Of a stretch of 64,000 nt of DNA, positions 1 through 12,500 are shown piece after piece. The stretch is from positions 2,919,152 through 2,983,151 of the forward strand of contig CAJINV010000002.1 of assembly GCA_905178155.1 (NCBI GenBank). Direction: 5' to 3'. The notes beneath the pieces are model-generated. The model saw only the letters and a list, made by a program, of their open reading frames with translations, was not told the origin of the DNA and did no database searches. How positions within the stretch are numbered: position 1 is the first letter of the stretch; every line of letters starts with the position of its first letter. This DNA comes from Amoebophrya sp. A120 (Eukaryota > Protista > Dinoflagellata). The translations under genes were made by a program, and so were the position numbers.

Positions 1-217
1 GTCATGCTAGTCTGGCATGACTCTGAGCTCTGTATTGCGTGGCCACAAACACACTTTATCGCCTGTCATGCAAAGACGCAGTTTCTCATGCGGAATACGC
101 AGCACACAGGCACGAAAAAAACTTGTCATGCTTGGCGGCGCATTGCAGTCGTGCACGTGTTATTGACTGACTTGCATCACAAGTTTCCAGACCCAGACTA
201 CATATTTGCAATGCATA
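1..217. mobile_element. Introner family A, 5'-truncated by window
   Basis: ends TTCCAGACCCAGAC..TGCATA. Confidence 0.8.
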
Positions 218-563
218 TCTTTGTCGCGCTGCGTTGCTTGAAGGAGGACGCTCTGAAAAAATTTTTTTCGGACGTGGAGGAAGACGACGACGAGGAAAAA
301 CCACCTGAGAGCAGTGGTAGAACTGCTGCTGGTCGTGCTTCTAGAAGTGCTGCAAGTTCTTCCGGGAGAAGCCGGAGTACTAGTAGACATTCAAAAGCAA
401 CGGACAAGAACAGTACCAAGGAAGAAACCGAAACAAGTCAAAGTGGAACACAAAATACAAACGATTCTACTTCAACTTCATCTAAAACCACGTTTTCGGA
501 TATGGACGAGATACTGGAACAGCAGGACTTTGCGGCTTCCGAGGATGTAATGGAAAGAGATGC
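218..563 (+). CDS. Exon of giant gene (acidic/Ser-rich)
   Basis: Middle of ORF 4..624, bounded by introners. Confidence 0.8.
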
Positions 564-3500
564 TATCAAATGTAAAAATGTCCTCTGGGTCTGGAAGATC
601 ATGCAGATTTTACATGACATATGACGTCTGTAATGCATAACCTGGCATCACAGATTTTTAGCGGGCTTTCTGATGCCTATCCGGCATGAGAAATACCCTC
701 TCCATGTAGCACAGACTGGACCCCTCTTGCTGGTCATGCAATACAGATTATTTTAGAACGCCCCCCCCAGTGCAGGATAGATGATGATGATGAACGCAGA
801 GACAGCATCACAAGTTGCAATCTTCCAGACCCAGACACTTTTGCAGTTGATAGATGCCGCGTACCGGAATCGGAGAGCTGCTATGGCGTTCTCAAACGTT
901 ACATCCTCAACTGTTACATGAATCTGTGATGCAAGAACAGCAAATGTGAAAGCGGAAAGCTACTTGCGCGCTTTGCATTACAAATTTGCTGGAACGGATT
1001 ATCATGCTGCTTAGCCCTTCGAGAATTTGTCATGCTGAGCACCTTGGCGATCGTGTGGAGGCTGATGGCAATTCTGCATAACAAATCCGTGTAACAGTTC
1101 TTGAGAATGCCATAGCTGCCGCCCACAAGTTGTGGTCCATGCTGCTGTATCCTGTGCAAAAGCATCGTACTCGTATTGCAATTATGCATTACAAATTTTG
1201 TTCTGAAGCTAAATCCGCATTACAAATTTTATTTCTCATGCTGAGGAAATTTGTATTGCATTTATACGAGTGCGATACTTTTGCAAGGCATATGCTGCTG
1301 CTGAAGCGATTGTGGCTCCACGTGCATTATCCACTGCAAATTATATGTCGGGGTCTGGAAGAATACAAACTTGTCATGCAGAATTTCCATGCCCCATGAG
1401 GTCTGGATCTGGAATGCAGGACCTAGGATAACAGGTTCTGCGATTTGTTCTCTATCATCCCTAGCCTGCATGAGAAATAACTCCCACTCATCATGTTGGT
1501 CAAAAAAGAGCAACTTTATTTGGTGATCACGCAAGACAGATTTTTGTGTGATCCACAGGACGCATCACAAGTTTGCTCCTCCCAGAGATCCAGGGATATT
1601 TGCAATGCATATGCACGTGAAGAGCATGGCGGCCTTGCGCAATATCCTGTGCAAAAGTATCGTACTCGTATAAATGCAAGTCTTGCATTACAAATTTTCT
1701 TCTCAAGGTAAATCCGCATTACAAATTTTAATTCTCATGCTGAGGGAATTTGTCAAGCTTTTATACGAATACGATACTTTTGCAGTTCATACGCAAGGAC
1801 GAAGAGCGAAACTTCTGGGAAATCTTCACGCTATGAATTGCAAATATTCCTGGATGTCTGGAAACTTGTGAAGATGCTGTGTGGCGTAATATCACGAGGA
1901 GGCCACAAGTGCTGGCTCAGCATGACAAGTTTCTGAGCTTCTAGGTGTTGTCTATCCTGCATGACAAACTGCGTTTCTGCATGCCAGCACGAAAGTTTGG
2001 CTCTTGGGTAACGTGCACAATGACAGATTTGAGAGTCATGCCAGACAAGCATGACAAACTTGCATTCTTCCAGACCCAGACATATTTGCACTTGATACAC
2101 GCGAAAAAACCACGAAACCGCTTTCCAGTGCGGGCAGCGGCTGAGTATGAAGAGAAAGAAGTTCGTCACAGTCACTAACTTGCAGGCTTTGCATTACAAA
2201 TTTTCTTAGCATCACAAATGTTCCTTGTATTGCAGAAACACTAGGGAAATCCCCAATGAAGTTTGGCTGTGATGCATTTTTACGCATGACAAGCAATTTT
2301 GTATTGCAAAGATGCGCATGCGTGATCGTGACGAACTTTTTTGTTTGATACTGAGCCGTTGCGTGCTCCTGCAGAACGCGTTCGGGCTGCTCAGCTTCGA
2401 CCACCACCTGGATCGTGAGAACTTCGAATATGACCTGCTCAAACGTTACAATCTCAGAAGTTACAATAGAGTCTGGATTTTGACGTATTGCATGATGAGC
2501 ATGACAGACTCGGACAGTATTCCACCACTTTCTGCAATACAGATTTCGCCAAATAAAAACTGTAGTGCGATTCGGATCTGCTCCGGAACTTGTCATGCGC
2601 AATTATCTTGTGGAAGCAGGGTGGTTCATGCACTTCTTGTTGATTCTCGCATCACAGACTTCCATATTCTATTGTAACGTTTGAGATTGTAGTAACAACT
2701 GAGCAGGTTATATCGAAAACGACGACTTTTTCCAGCCGCCAACCAATCTGCTGGGTCCCTCGCTGTCCAAGAGCCGGCGCAGCACCGACGCCCGAATGGT
2801 GGTTTGGTATTGGTTTCACATGCAGGAGAAGGCGCTTATGGGTGGTGGCGCAGCAGCAGCACCTTCATCTTCACCTTCATCATCATCATCTGCCCCAAAA
2901 ACTTTTCAGAAGAGGTCGGACCTGATGCGGCCCACGCAGCTGCTCCCCTTGCACGACATTTTTGAGCAGGATTTGGTGTGCAAATACTGTCGCTCCGCCG
3001 CGTTTAAGGAGGGGTCTTTCGAAAGTTACGATCGCCGATCGGATGTGTATATGCATTGCAAAAGCATTGTAGATAGTACAAATCGCAATACAAATTTTTT
3101 CAGAAGGAAAAATGGAGTTTGTAATGCTGATTTGGCTAAGAAACAAGATTTGTCATGCATGAAAGCAATTAGGACGGGCACGATACTTTTGCAGAGCATA
3201 GTGTACGGCTGGGACTCGGAGTCGCGCATCACCCGGCAACGCGTGATGCGGTATCAAATGCAAATATCCCTGGATGTCTGGAAATAACTTGTGATGCAAG
3301 GAGGGGAATGGTGAAAGCACTGTAATGCGCTGCCCCGCATGACAAGTTTTGCCGTGGTTCTGAGTTGCGTAGTACTCCGCATGGGAACCTGCGTTTTTGC
3401 ATGACAGGCAAGCGGAGCAGCCCTTCGCGGCCACGCAATACAGAGTTCAGAGTCATGCCAGACTAGCATGACAAATCCCGCAATCTCCCAGACCCAGGCA

Positions 3501-6500
3501 TTTTTGCATTTGATATGCGGGTAAGTGAGACGATTCTGGAGGTCCCCCGGATCCTGCAGTACGTCCAGCACAGCTGCCCGCCAGACCAGGTTTTGCTCAC
3601 GCGGGAGGTTCGGATGCCGGCCGATTACGATGCCTGCCACAATGCCATCATCTGGAATATTATGGAGAGAAAAAAGTTTGTCACAGTCATCAGCTTGCAG
3701 GTTTTGCATTACAAATTTTTTTAGCATCACAAATTTTCCTTGTATTGCAGAAACACTACGGAAATCCCTAATGAAGTTTGGCTGTGATGCAGTTTGACGC
3801 ATGACAGAAAATTTTGTATTGCGAAAATGCGCACGAGTGATCGTGACGAACTTTTTTTGTTTGATAAATATGTGGGACACCCACTTTCAGTGCGGGTCCC
3901 AAATCCCCGTGACCAAAGTGCACCAAAGAACCCTCGGGCGGTACTGCGTATGCGAGAAAAAAACTGTGTAAGTGTAAGTCTGTAATGCAAAAAATGCAAC
4001 ACAGCTACGCTTGTCATGCTCCGCATGCATGATAGGCTCGTTTCCTACGTGTTTACCCGTCCTATCTGCGCATGACAAGTTTTTCCTGTCGTGGCAGACA
4101 AACAACTTGTGATGCTGTTTGCCCAAAAGACCTAAACCAACACAGTTTTTTTCTTGGATACTGCGGGCTCCGCTGCTACCGGTACAAGCCCAATCGGTGT
4201 TATCGAAAGGAAAAATCCCCCCTCCCCATATCAAAACGGAATTTCTGATGCTGGATTTGTGTACACAAATCAGGTTTGTATTGCAGAGAGGCACTGCGGC
4301 CAAATCCCCAGGCTAGGTAGGGGCGAATGGGTCTAGTTGTTCAGCATGGCAAGCGGGTCACTTTTAGGGCCAACAGCATGGCAAATCGCTCCCATAGTGG
4401 GGCGGAAGCTTCTGCCCTTGTCTTCTTGCAATACAAATGTGATTTGTGACCTCAAATCAGCAACACAAATTTTCGGAAACATACCTTTTCGATATGGGGA
4501 GGGGGGATTTTTCTTTGCAATCGGTGTCCGTTGTTGTTCGGAAGGGACAACGTTTTTTATGACAGTGCACAACTCCCCCTCGTCGTTCTCATTTCTCATG
4601 CAGAATACCAAATCCACGCTTTCCCTCCTGTCACTATTATGCATGACAAGTTCTGGTAGCCCAAATAGCATTATACTCCAGTGCAAATTTGTCATGCAAA
4701 ACCGGCACTCTTGCTGATGCTTGTATTGCCGTTCATTCTATATAAATGAGGCGGAGGGGGAGTTGTGCACTGTTATATTTTCCCACAAAACCTGCAGGGC
4801 GGGGAGGAAGAAGACGAAGAGGAACAAGCAGCGAAAACGAGGAGGTCGTCGTCCCTGGGACTTGGACGCAACTACTGGTCCGAGCCCGCGAGCTATCACA
4901 CGTCGAAAAAAGTGTAGTTAATACAGTTACACGTTTGTTGTCAATTCAGCAGCACAAATTTCGTTGCATGAAGGAGAAAATTTGCAATGCAGAAATCCTA
5001 CGGGAATAAAACACGTAGTACGAAACAAGGCTCGTCCTATGCATATCCGGCATGACAGAGCTTGTCTGTCTTGCTTGGCCTGCAACACAATGTGTAAGAA
5101 CTGTAAACTACGCTTTTTATTTCTTGCGATACGGGCCTGGAAGTCCAGTGCGAAGACTGTTCGCTCAGCGCGCATGTAGTGCTGGAAGAAGAGGATGTGC
5201 GGGGTTCTATCCTATGTAAAAACGTCCCCAGCACCCCATAGTCAAGTTGGCAAATCTGCAACACAAATCTCCAAGTTTTGGGAGTTGTGCATGACAAAGC
5301 TCCATCTGCAGTGCAGTGCTGGTTAGCAAGGGCAGCCGCATGAGAAACCCAGCTTGTCACATCCTGTTTACAGCATTACAAAGTCCAAAACACTATTGGA
5401 AATAGTGTCTCTCATGCTCATGGAGATGCGCATTACAAATGTTCCTGTCATTGCGCATTTGCATGACAACCCTGGGGTGGGGACGTTTTTCTTTTTGCTG
5501 AGGATAGGTGCCTCGGGCAGGAGCCGGGTCCTCGCCCCCCTGACCAGGTGGTCCCGGAAGAAAAAAGGGGGCGCTCTGTACCGACGCCTCGGGCTGATGA
5601 CCCGGCTCAACGAGACAGAGGGAAGGAGAACGTTCCGGGACCCGGGCAAAGATGAACACTTATGAAGTGCAAAAGCATCGTACAAGCCCCGCATTACAAA
5701 TTTTCTCAGCATGAAAAATCGAATTCGTCATGCTGTTTCACCTTGCAAAGGAAATTTGTCATGCATGTTTAGAATTAGTACGACGAGTGCGGTACTTTTG
5801 CACAGGATGACACTACGAGCTGGGCAAGAACGTCCCGAAGTTCAGAGACCTGATTATGGGATTCTCAAACGTTACATTCTCAACTGTTGCAGCGTGATTT
5901 GTCATGCAGAAACACTATCACGCTTCACACTCTCAAGCTTCTTCGCATGACAAGTTTTCGACGCGCAGCTAAGCAGCATGATAATCCGTGGCAAATCTGT
6001 GATGCAAGACGCGCAAGGTTCCCCGTTTCCATGTTGCTGTTCTTGCATCACAATAATTCATGTAACATTTCAGAATGTAACGTTTGAGAGCGGCATACTG
6101 ATGCGGCTGCAGCCGTTTGAGACGAACGACGCGTTTGTAAGCAAATTGTTCGAAAGCGAGGGCAAGTCGGCGGTGGTCAGTCCCTGGACCCGCACGGGGT
6201 TTCGCAGTGACCTGGGAGTGCAACCGGTCACGCGCACCCCTTATCAAGTGTAAAAATGTCTGGGTCTGGAAGAATACGAACTTGTCGTGCAGATTTTACA
6301 TGGCCCGTGACGCCTGTGATGTATTCCCTGGCATCACAGATTTTCTGAGTGCTTCTTGATGCCTATTCCGCATGACAAATGGCCTCCCCGCGTAGCAGAA
6401 ACTGGGCGTCTCTAGCTGGTCATGCAATACAGATTTTTCTAGAATCCAAAATTAGCATCACAGGTTGCATCCTTCCAGACCCAGACACTTTTACATTTGA

Positions 6501-9500
6501 TACCCCTCTTGGCATGACCACTGCGGGAGGTGGTGGCCCCGCCCTCGGCAAGAACCAGCAAGCGGTTTTATCATTTGTAAAAACGTCCCCACACCAGAGT
6601 CAAGATGGGGATTTTGCAACACAAACCTAGAAGTTTTGTGAGACACGCATGACAAGTTGCACTCCGCAGCTTAGTGCAGGTTAGCAAGTGCAGCCGCATC
6701 ACAGATTCATCTGCTCATCCTGTTCACAGCATCACAAATTCCAAAACACGACTGGAAATGGCTCTCATGCGGATGCGCATTACAAGTCTTCCTGTCTTTG
6801 CAAATCTGCATTACAACTCTGGCGTGGGTACGTTTTTACTCAGGATAGGATGGTCGTGGCCCCGCCCTCGGCAAGAACCAGCAAGCGGTTTTATCATTTG
6901 TAAAAACGTCCCCACACCAGAGTCAAGATGGGAAGTCTGCTAGACACATCAGCCAGCTTTGGTCGTTTGGCATGACAAGTTTCTCCTCGTATTGTAATTT
7001 CCTGTTTAGGCAGTTCAGCAGCATCACAGATCTCGCACATCATGCTGATTCAAGCATCAAAATAAAGTCGAACTCCGAAACACTACTAGAAAATGCCTCT
7101 CGTGGCGCTCCGCATGGCAATCTTTTTTGGCATGCAGATTTGCATTACAACTCTGGTCGTGTGGGGACGTTTTTACTCAGGATAGGTTTCGCGGATGAGG
7201 ATGACCAACGAGATCGGGGCTTTGTTGAAAGCCGGTGGACCTATCGCTAGCCGCAAAACTTCCCTCCACCTGCCCTACCCCGCGCAGAAGCCGTATTCCT
7301 ACGTCCTGCCCTCGATCGTGCGGTACCGAAGCGTGATTGCCTCGAAGCTGCTATCCACAGAAGTGCAATACGTATAATTTTTGTGGTACTCCTATCGTGA
7401 ATTGCAGTCTTGCATGACGAATCTCACTCCTATACGGTAACTCAGCATTACAAATTTTCATTTTTGAACTTAGGAAAACGAAGATAAAATTTGTGATGCA
7501 ATTCCGACTAGTAGTACTATAAGACATTTTTGTATGTAGTGAGGTCACCGAACGGTTCTAACCGGGGAGTTTTTTTGCCATCTCCCCTGAAAAACGACCG
7601 GCAGTTTTCAAGCGGCCGGAAGCGTTTTTTGACAGAAAAAGTTTCCAATTATCAAGCGGCCGGGGCTTTGAAGTCAAACAAGCCCGGTCGAAAACTATCG
7701 ATTCGCACTTGATAAAACGACGCAGGGGAGCCGGCAAAAGGGGCGCCCTTCTGAGGCGCCCACCGCCTTAGTTTCTGGCGATTTGGGGCGCCCAGAAAAG
7801 GGCGCGCAAAAAACGCGCCCAAAATCAGAACAGCGAAACAGCATGGCGCGGCCGCGATTTCGGAGCATTTTGGGCGGCCGCGAAAGCGGCCGCCTTTTCG
7901 CCGGTTTCAGAGCCTGGGAAGCTTTGCAAAAAGCGCTGGCGAGAAATAGAAAAACGCAAAAAAGAAAAAGCGCGCCAGACGCGCAGAGCCAATCCGCATG
8001 CTATGGGCCCGGTTTTTCCTCGCTTTTTGGGCGCCCCCCGTGGCGCCCGGATCGGCCTCATAGCATGGGGGCTGGCTTTCGGAAAGGAATTTCGAAAATT
8101 TGTCAAAATTTGCGACGCTTATCAGGCGGCCGCCATACCGTGGGGCCTAACGTTACTCACGGCGGTATGGCGGGCCCAGAAAAATCAAAGCCGCGGCCAA
8201 GGCGACGGCCGGCAAGAAAACGCCCACGACCTCACTACCTCCGCCCCGGCGGCTATATTTGGTATTATGCATAGCTGCCCGACTGGGAGGACCCAAAGCA
8301 GAAGATTGTGGACGCCCAGGGCATATGCATTGCAAAAGCATCGCACTAGTAGTACTAAATCGCAGTCATGCATCGCAAATCTTGTTCCCAAGGTAAATCT
8401 GCATGACAAATTCCATTTGTCATGCTGAGGGAATTTGTCATGCGTTTTCTACTTAGGTGCGGTGCTTTTGCAATGCATAGGGCAAGCTCCACATTTTTGC
8501 GCGGCAGCTCGACAAAAAAGTGTTTGGGGGCGCGTGGAACATGTACTCGGGCGCGCTCGAGGAAGTGTTATGGATCGCAAATATGTCTCGGTCTGAAAGA
8601 TTCTTGCAACTTGTCATGCTAAATCCGAATGATCATGGAAAAAAAATAAAATCTCTGTTGCATGAGTGCCAAAAGTAGCTGTCCACTGTGAGGAACCGCC
8701 AAGTCGGGAGGGAGTTTCTTATGCAGGATAGGCATGGCAAAGACCTCACAGAGTCTGTCATGCTAGGTCCCGCATTCCAGACCTCTTGGGTCCTGGAAAC
8801 CCTGCGTGACAAGTTTACACTTTCTCAGACACAAGTGCGGTTGATAAGTGTTCGACTACGACAAGATGTCGCCCCACAACGATGCCATCTGGCATATGGC
8901 GTTCTCAACAAGCGTTTTTACATTCTGAATTGTCACATGTTGAGTTTGTCATGCAAAACTACCGTAAGCCGCCAGATGATGAACAAGCTGCGTCGCATGA
9001 CAAATCTCCGACAGCATCTAAACAGCATCCAAATCTGTGCCAAATCTGTGATGCGAGAGCCTCAAGCGTGCCTCTTTGCCTGTTGCTGTTCTTGCATATA
9101 CAACAATGTCTTCATGACGTAAGAGTTGGGAGTGTAGCGTTTGAGAACGCCATAGGGCAGAAGAGACTGGCCGAGGTCCAGCACGGCGAGGACGGTCTTA
9201 AGGCGGGCGGGGGGGACAACTATCAAATGCAAAAATGTCTGGGTCTGGAAGAGTGCAAGTTTGTCATGCTTGTCTGGCATGACTCGAGAATCTGTGTTGC
9301 CTAGGCACGATGAAAAGGCCCTCTCACCTGTCATGCAAAATAAACGCAGTTTGCCATGCGGAATACGTAAGACATGGCAGCCAAAAAATTTGTCATGCAT
9401 AGCTACGTTTTGCAGTGCCATGCGTCTACTATCATTCACTTTTAGCATTATAAGTTTCCAGACCCAGATCGATATTTGCAATCCATAACAACCCCGACGA

Positions 9501-12500
9501 CTACATTGCCCCCGCTCCCGTGCTTAGCGAGGAAGCCATCCGGAACCTGATCGACATCGGGTGGCAGGGCGCCCAGGGGGACCCCACCGGTGCGGAGGAC
9601 GCGGAGATGTTGCACGACCACGCCATCTTTAGCGAGCGGGTCCAAGAGGTGCGAGTTGACCGCAAGCCGCCCCGCACCCAGGAGGAAACGCTCCAGGTGG
9701 GCGAGCAAAAGCGTTGGGAGCCACTGCCGTTAGAAAAGGATACCCGGCGCGGGCCGCACACCGCGCGATATGCACTGCAAAAATGTCTGGGTCTGGAAGG
9801 ATGAAACTTGTCATGCTGTCTTTGGAGTCTAGAAAAATCTGTATTGCGTAGGCCGCAAGAGGAGTCCAGTTTTTGTTACGCGGAGGGGGCATTTGTTATG
9901 CTGTATAGGCATCAGGAAGCCTTCGCAAAATCTGTGACGCTAGCGCATACATCACAGACATCATGGATCATGCAAAATGTGCATGACAAGTCCTCCAATC
10001 TTCCAGACCCAGACATTTTTGCAATTCATACGCGACGGTTTTTGACCATGTGGCGGAGCCTTCTCGAGCAGGGACTTGTATGCATTGCAAATGTCCCTGG
10101 ATGTCTGGAACAGTGCAACTTGTGATGCTGCATTTGGATGCTAAAAAAAATCTGTATTGCATGAGCAGCAAGATGAGCAGTCAAAAAATTTTGGCAACGC
10201 CGATCGGGCATTTCTCATGCGGGACGCGCATCGATAACAGGCGCTCAGAAGATCTGTGATGCTAGGGCATACATAACAGATATTGCGGACCATGGAAAAT
10301 GTGCATAAAAACAAACTTGTCCTCTTCCAGACCCAGACATATTTGCAGTTTATAACTCGTGATCCAGGGCGATTCTTACGCGCCCTTTCAGCACATGAAA
10401 AATGCCGCGGAGGCGGACGATCGTGCGGAGTTTTTGCACAACAAGAAGTTCGCGATCCCCTTTCCCACGTACGAAACAGTGCACAACTCGCGTCGCCCCT
10501 CCCTGCCCTCATTTGTCATGCAAAATTCCAAATCCACCCTTTGCCTGCTACCTCTTTTTGCATGACAGAGTGCCCCGGAATCCAAAACAGCACTACAGTC
10601 CTCTAGTAGGAATTTGTCATGCAAAAGCTGCATCTTTGCCAGCGCTTGTGTTGCTGTTCATGCAATACAAATGAGGGAGAGGGACAGAAGTTGTGCACTG
10701 TCATACCACGGGGCGCATGATCCGGGACATGCAGGGCATGTGGAACCCCTGGTTTCAAGCCGAAAGCCCGCACGTTATGAATTGCAAAAGCAACGGAGTA
10801 GTATAAATTGCATTACAAATTAAGTAAAAATTGCATCAAATTAAGTAAAAATTGCATTACAAATTAAGTAAAAATTGCATTACAAATTAAGTAAAATTTG
10901 CATTGCAAAAGCAACGGAGTAGTATAAATTGCATCAGATTTCACATGTCAAGTAACGCACACCGGCCTCCTAGCAAAAAATTAATGATGAATTTATATGA
11001 GAAAGAGGGGCCTAATCAAAAAAAAAAAAAAAAAAATTGCATTACAAATTTGCTCAGCACGAGAAATGGAATTTATCATGCTGATTTGCCTTGGGAACAA
11101 GATTTGTAATGCAAGACTTACAATAGTACTTTTGCACAGGATACACGTGATCCCCTTTCAATTCTACAATTACGCCGCCCGAAAGCTCGCGATCGTGGAC
11201 TCCCGCCGGGGATCCTCGCTCCGCCTGGAAATGGTATGACAGTGCACAACTCCACCCCCTCCCCCTCATTTGTCATGCAAAATACCCAATCCACCCTTCG
11301 CCTGTTAGCGCTGTTTGCATGACAGATTCCGGAATCCAAAACAGGAGCACGACAATCCTCTACCTGCTAGGAATTTGTCATGCAAAAGCTGCATCTTTTA
11401 AAGATGCAAGCGCTGGCAAAGTAGAAATGGGGGGCAGGGAGAGTTGTGCACTGTGATAAAGGGACTCCTACCGCCACAGTAGAGCGTTGCGCCGCAACCG
11501 CGGGGCGCCCTTGCTAACCTTCCTGTTGTCCACCATCATTCCGCACATCCAGAGCATATGGCGTTCTCAACTGTTAGACATTCTCAACTGTTCTCACATG
11601 GATTTGTGATGCAAGAATGACAAAAGTTAAAGGGGTCACCTTGCGCGTCTTGCATGACAGATCTGGCAAAGATTCTCAGCCTGTTTGGCACTTTGGGAAT
11701 TTGTCATGCGAAGCAGCTCGATCGTGTTGATTCTGATTGTGATTTTGCATTACAAATCATGCAACAGTTCACAGTGTAACACTTGAGAACGCCATAGAGC
11801 AGACAGGACCAAGACTGGGTGCAGCGTTTGGTGCCCTTCCCCAGGGCGGCGGGGGAAATAGTCTCCTCATCTGCTCCTGCGCCGCCCGGCGGAGATGAAA
11901 CAAACAAAAACCGAACGAAGACCGGATCACTAGGGCACACCTTCCGTGTGTTCGAAAAACTAGATCCAGCTACGATGCCTACGCCACTTTATCAACTGCA
12001 AAAATGTCTGGGTCCTGGAGAATGCAAATTTGTCATGCTGAGTCTGGATCATGCAAAAATCTGTGTTGCGTGATTGCCAAAAGTTGGTCAATTTTAACCA
12101 AGTTGAGATGGAGTTTCTCATGCAGGATAGGCATGATAGAGATCTCACGGAGTGTGTTATGCTGAGTCCTGCATTCCAGAGCTCAGGGGTCATGGAAAAT
12201 CAGCATGACAAATCCCGGAATCTTCCTGAACCAGACATTTTTGCAATCCATACACTTTACTGCGATGACATGTTTTACACCGGCTACACGTCGAAGGATG
12301 CAGTACTGCAAGGAAAAATCCCCCCTCCCCATATTGAAAACGTATATTCTGAAAATTTGTGATGCAGATTTGTGACCACAAATCTTGTCTGTCTTCCTAG
12401 AAGGCAAATCCAGGCTCTCTGCTACGCTATGCAGGCGATTTGTAATGCTGTAAGGACTACAGGGCAGCCGCCTACCATGCTAGGCGCCTACACTAAAGGG

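Noticed and set aside
7378-8266. Intergenic/promoter region between two genes
   Set aside because: Bounded by TAT..ATA with DR gctgc and bridged in frame, so treated as an intron.
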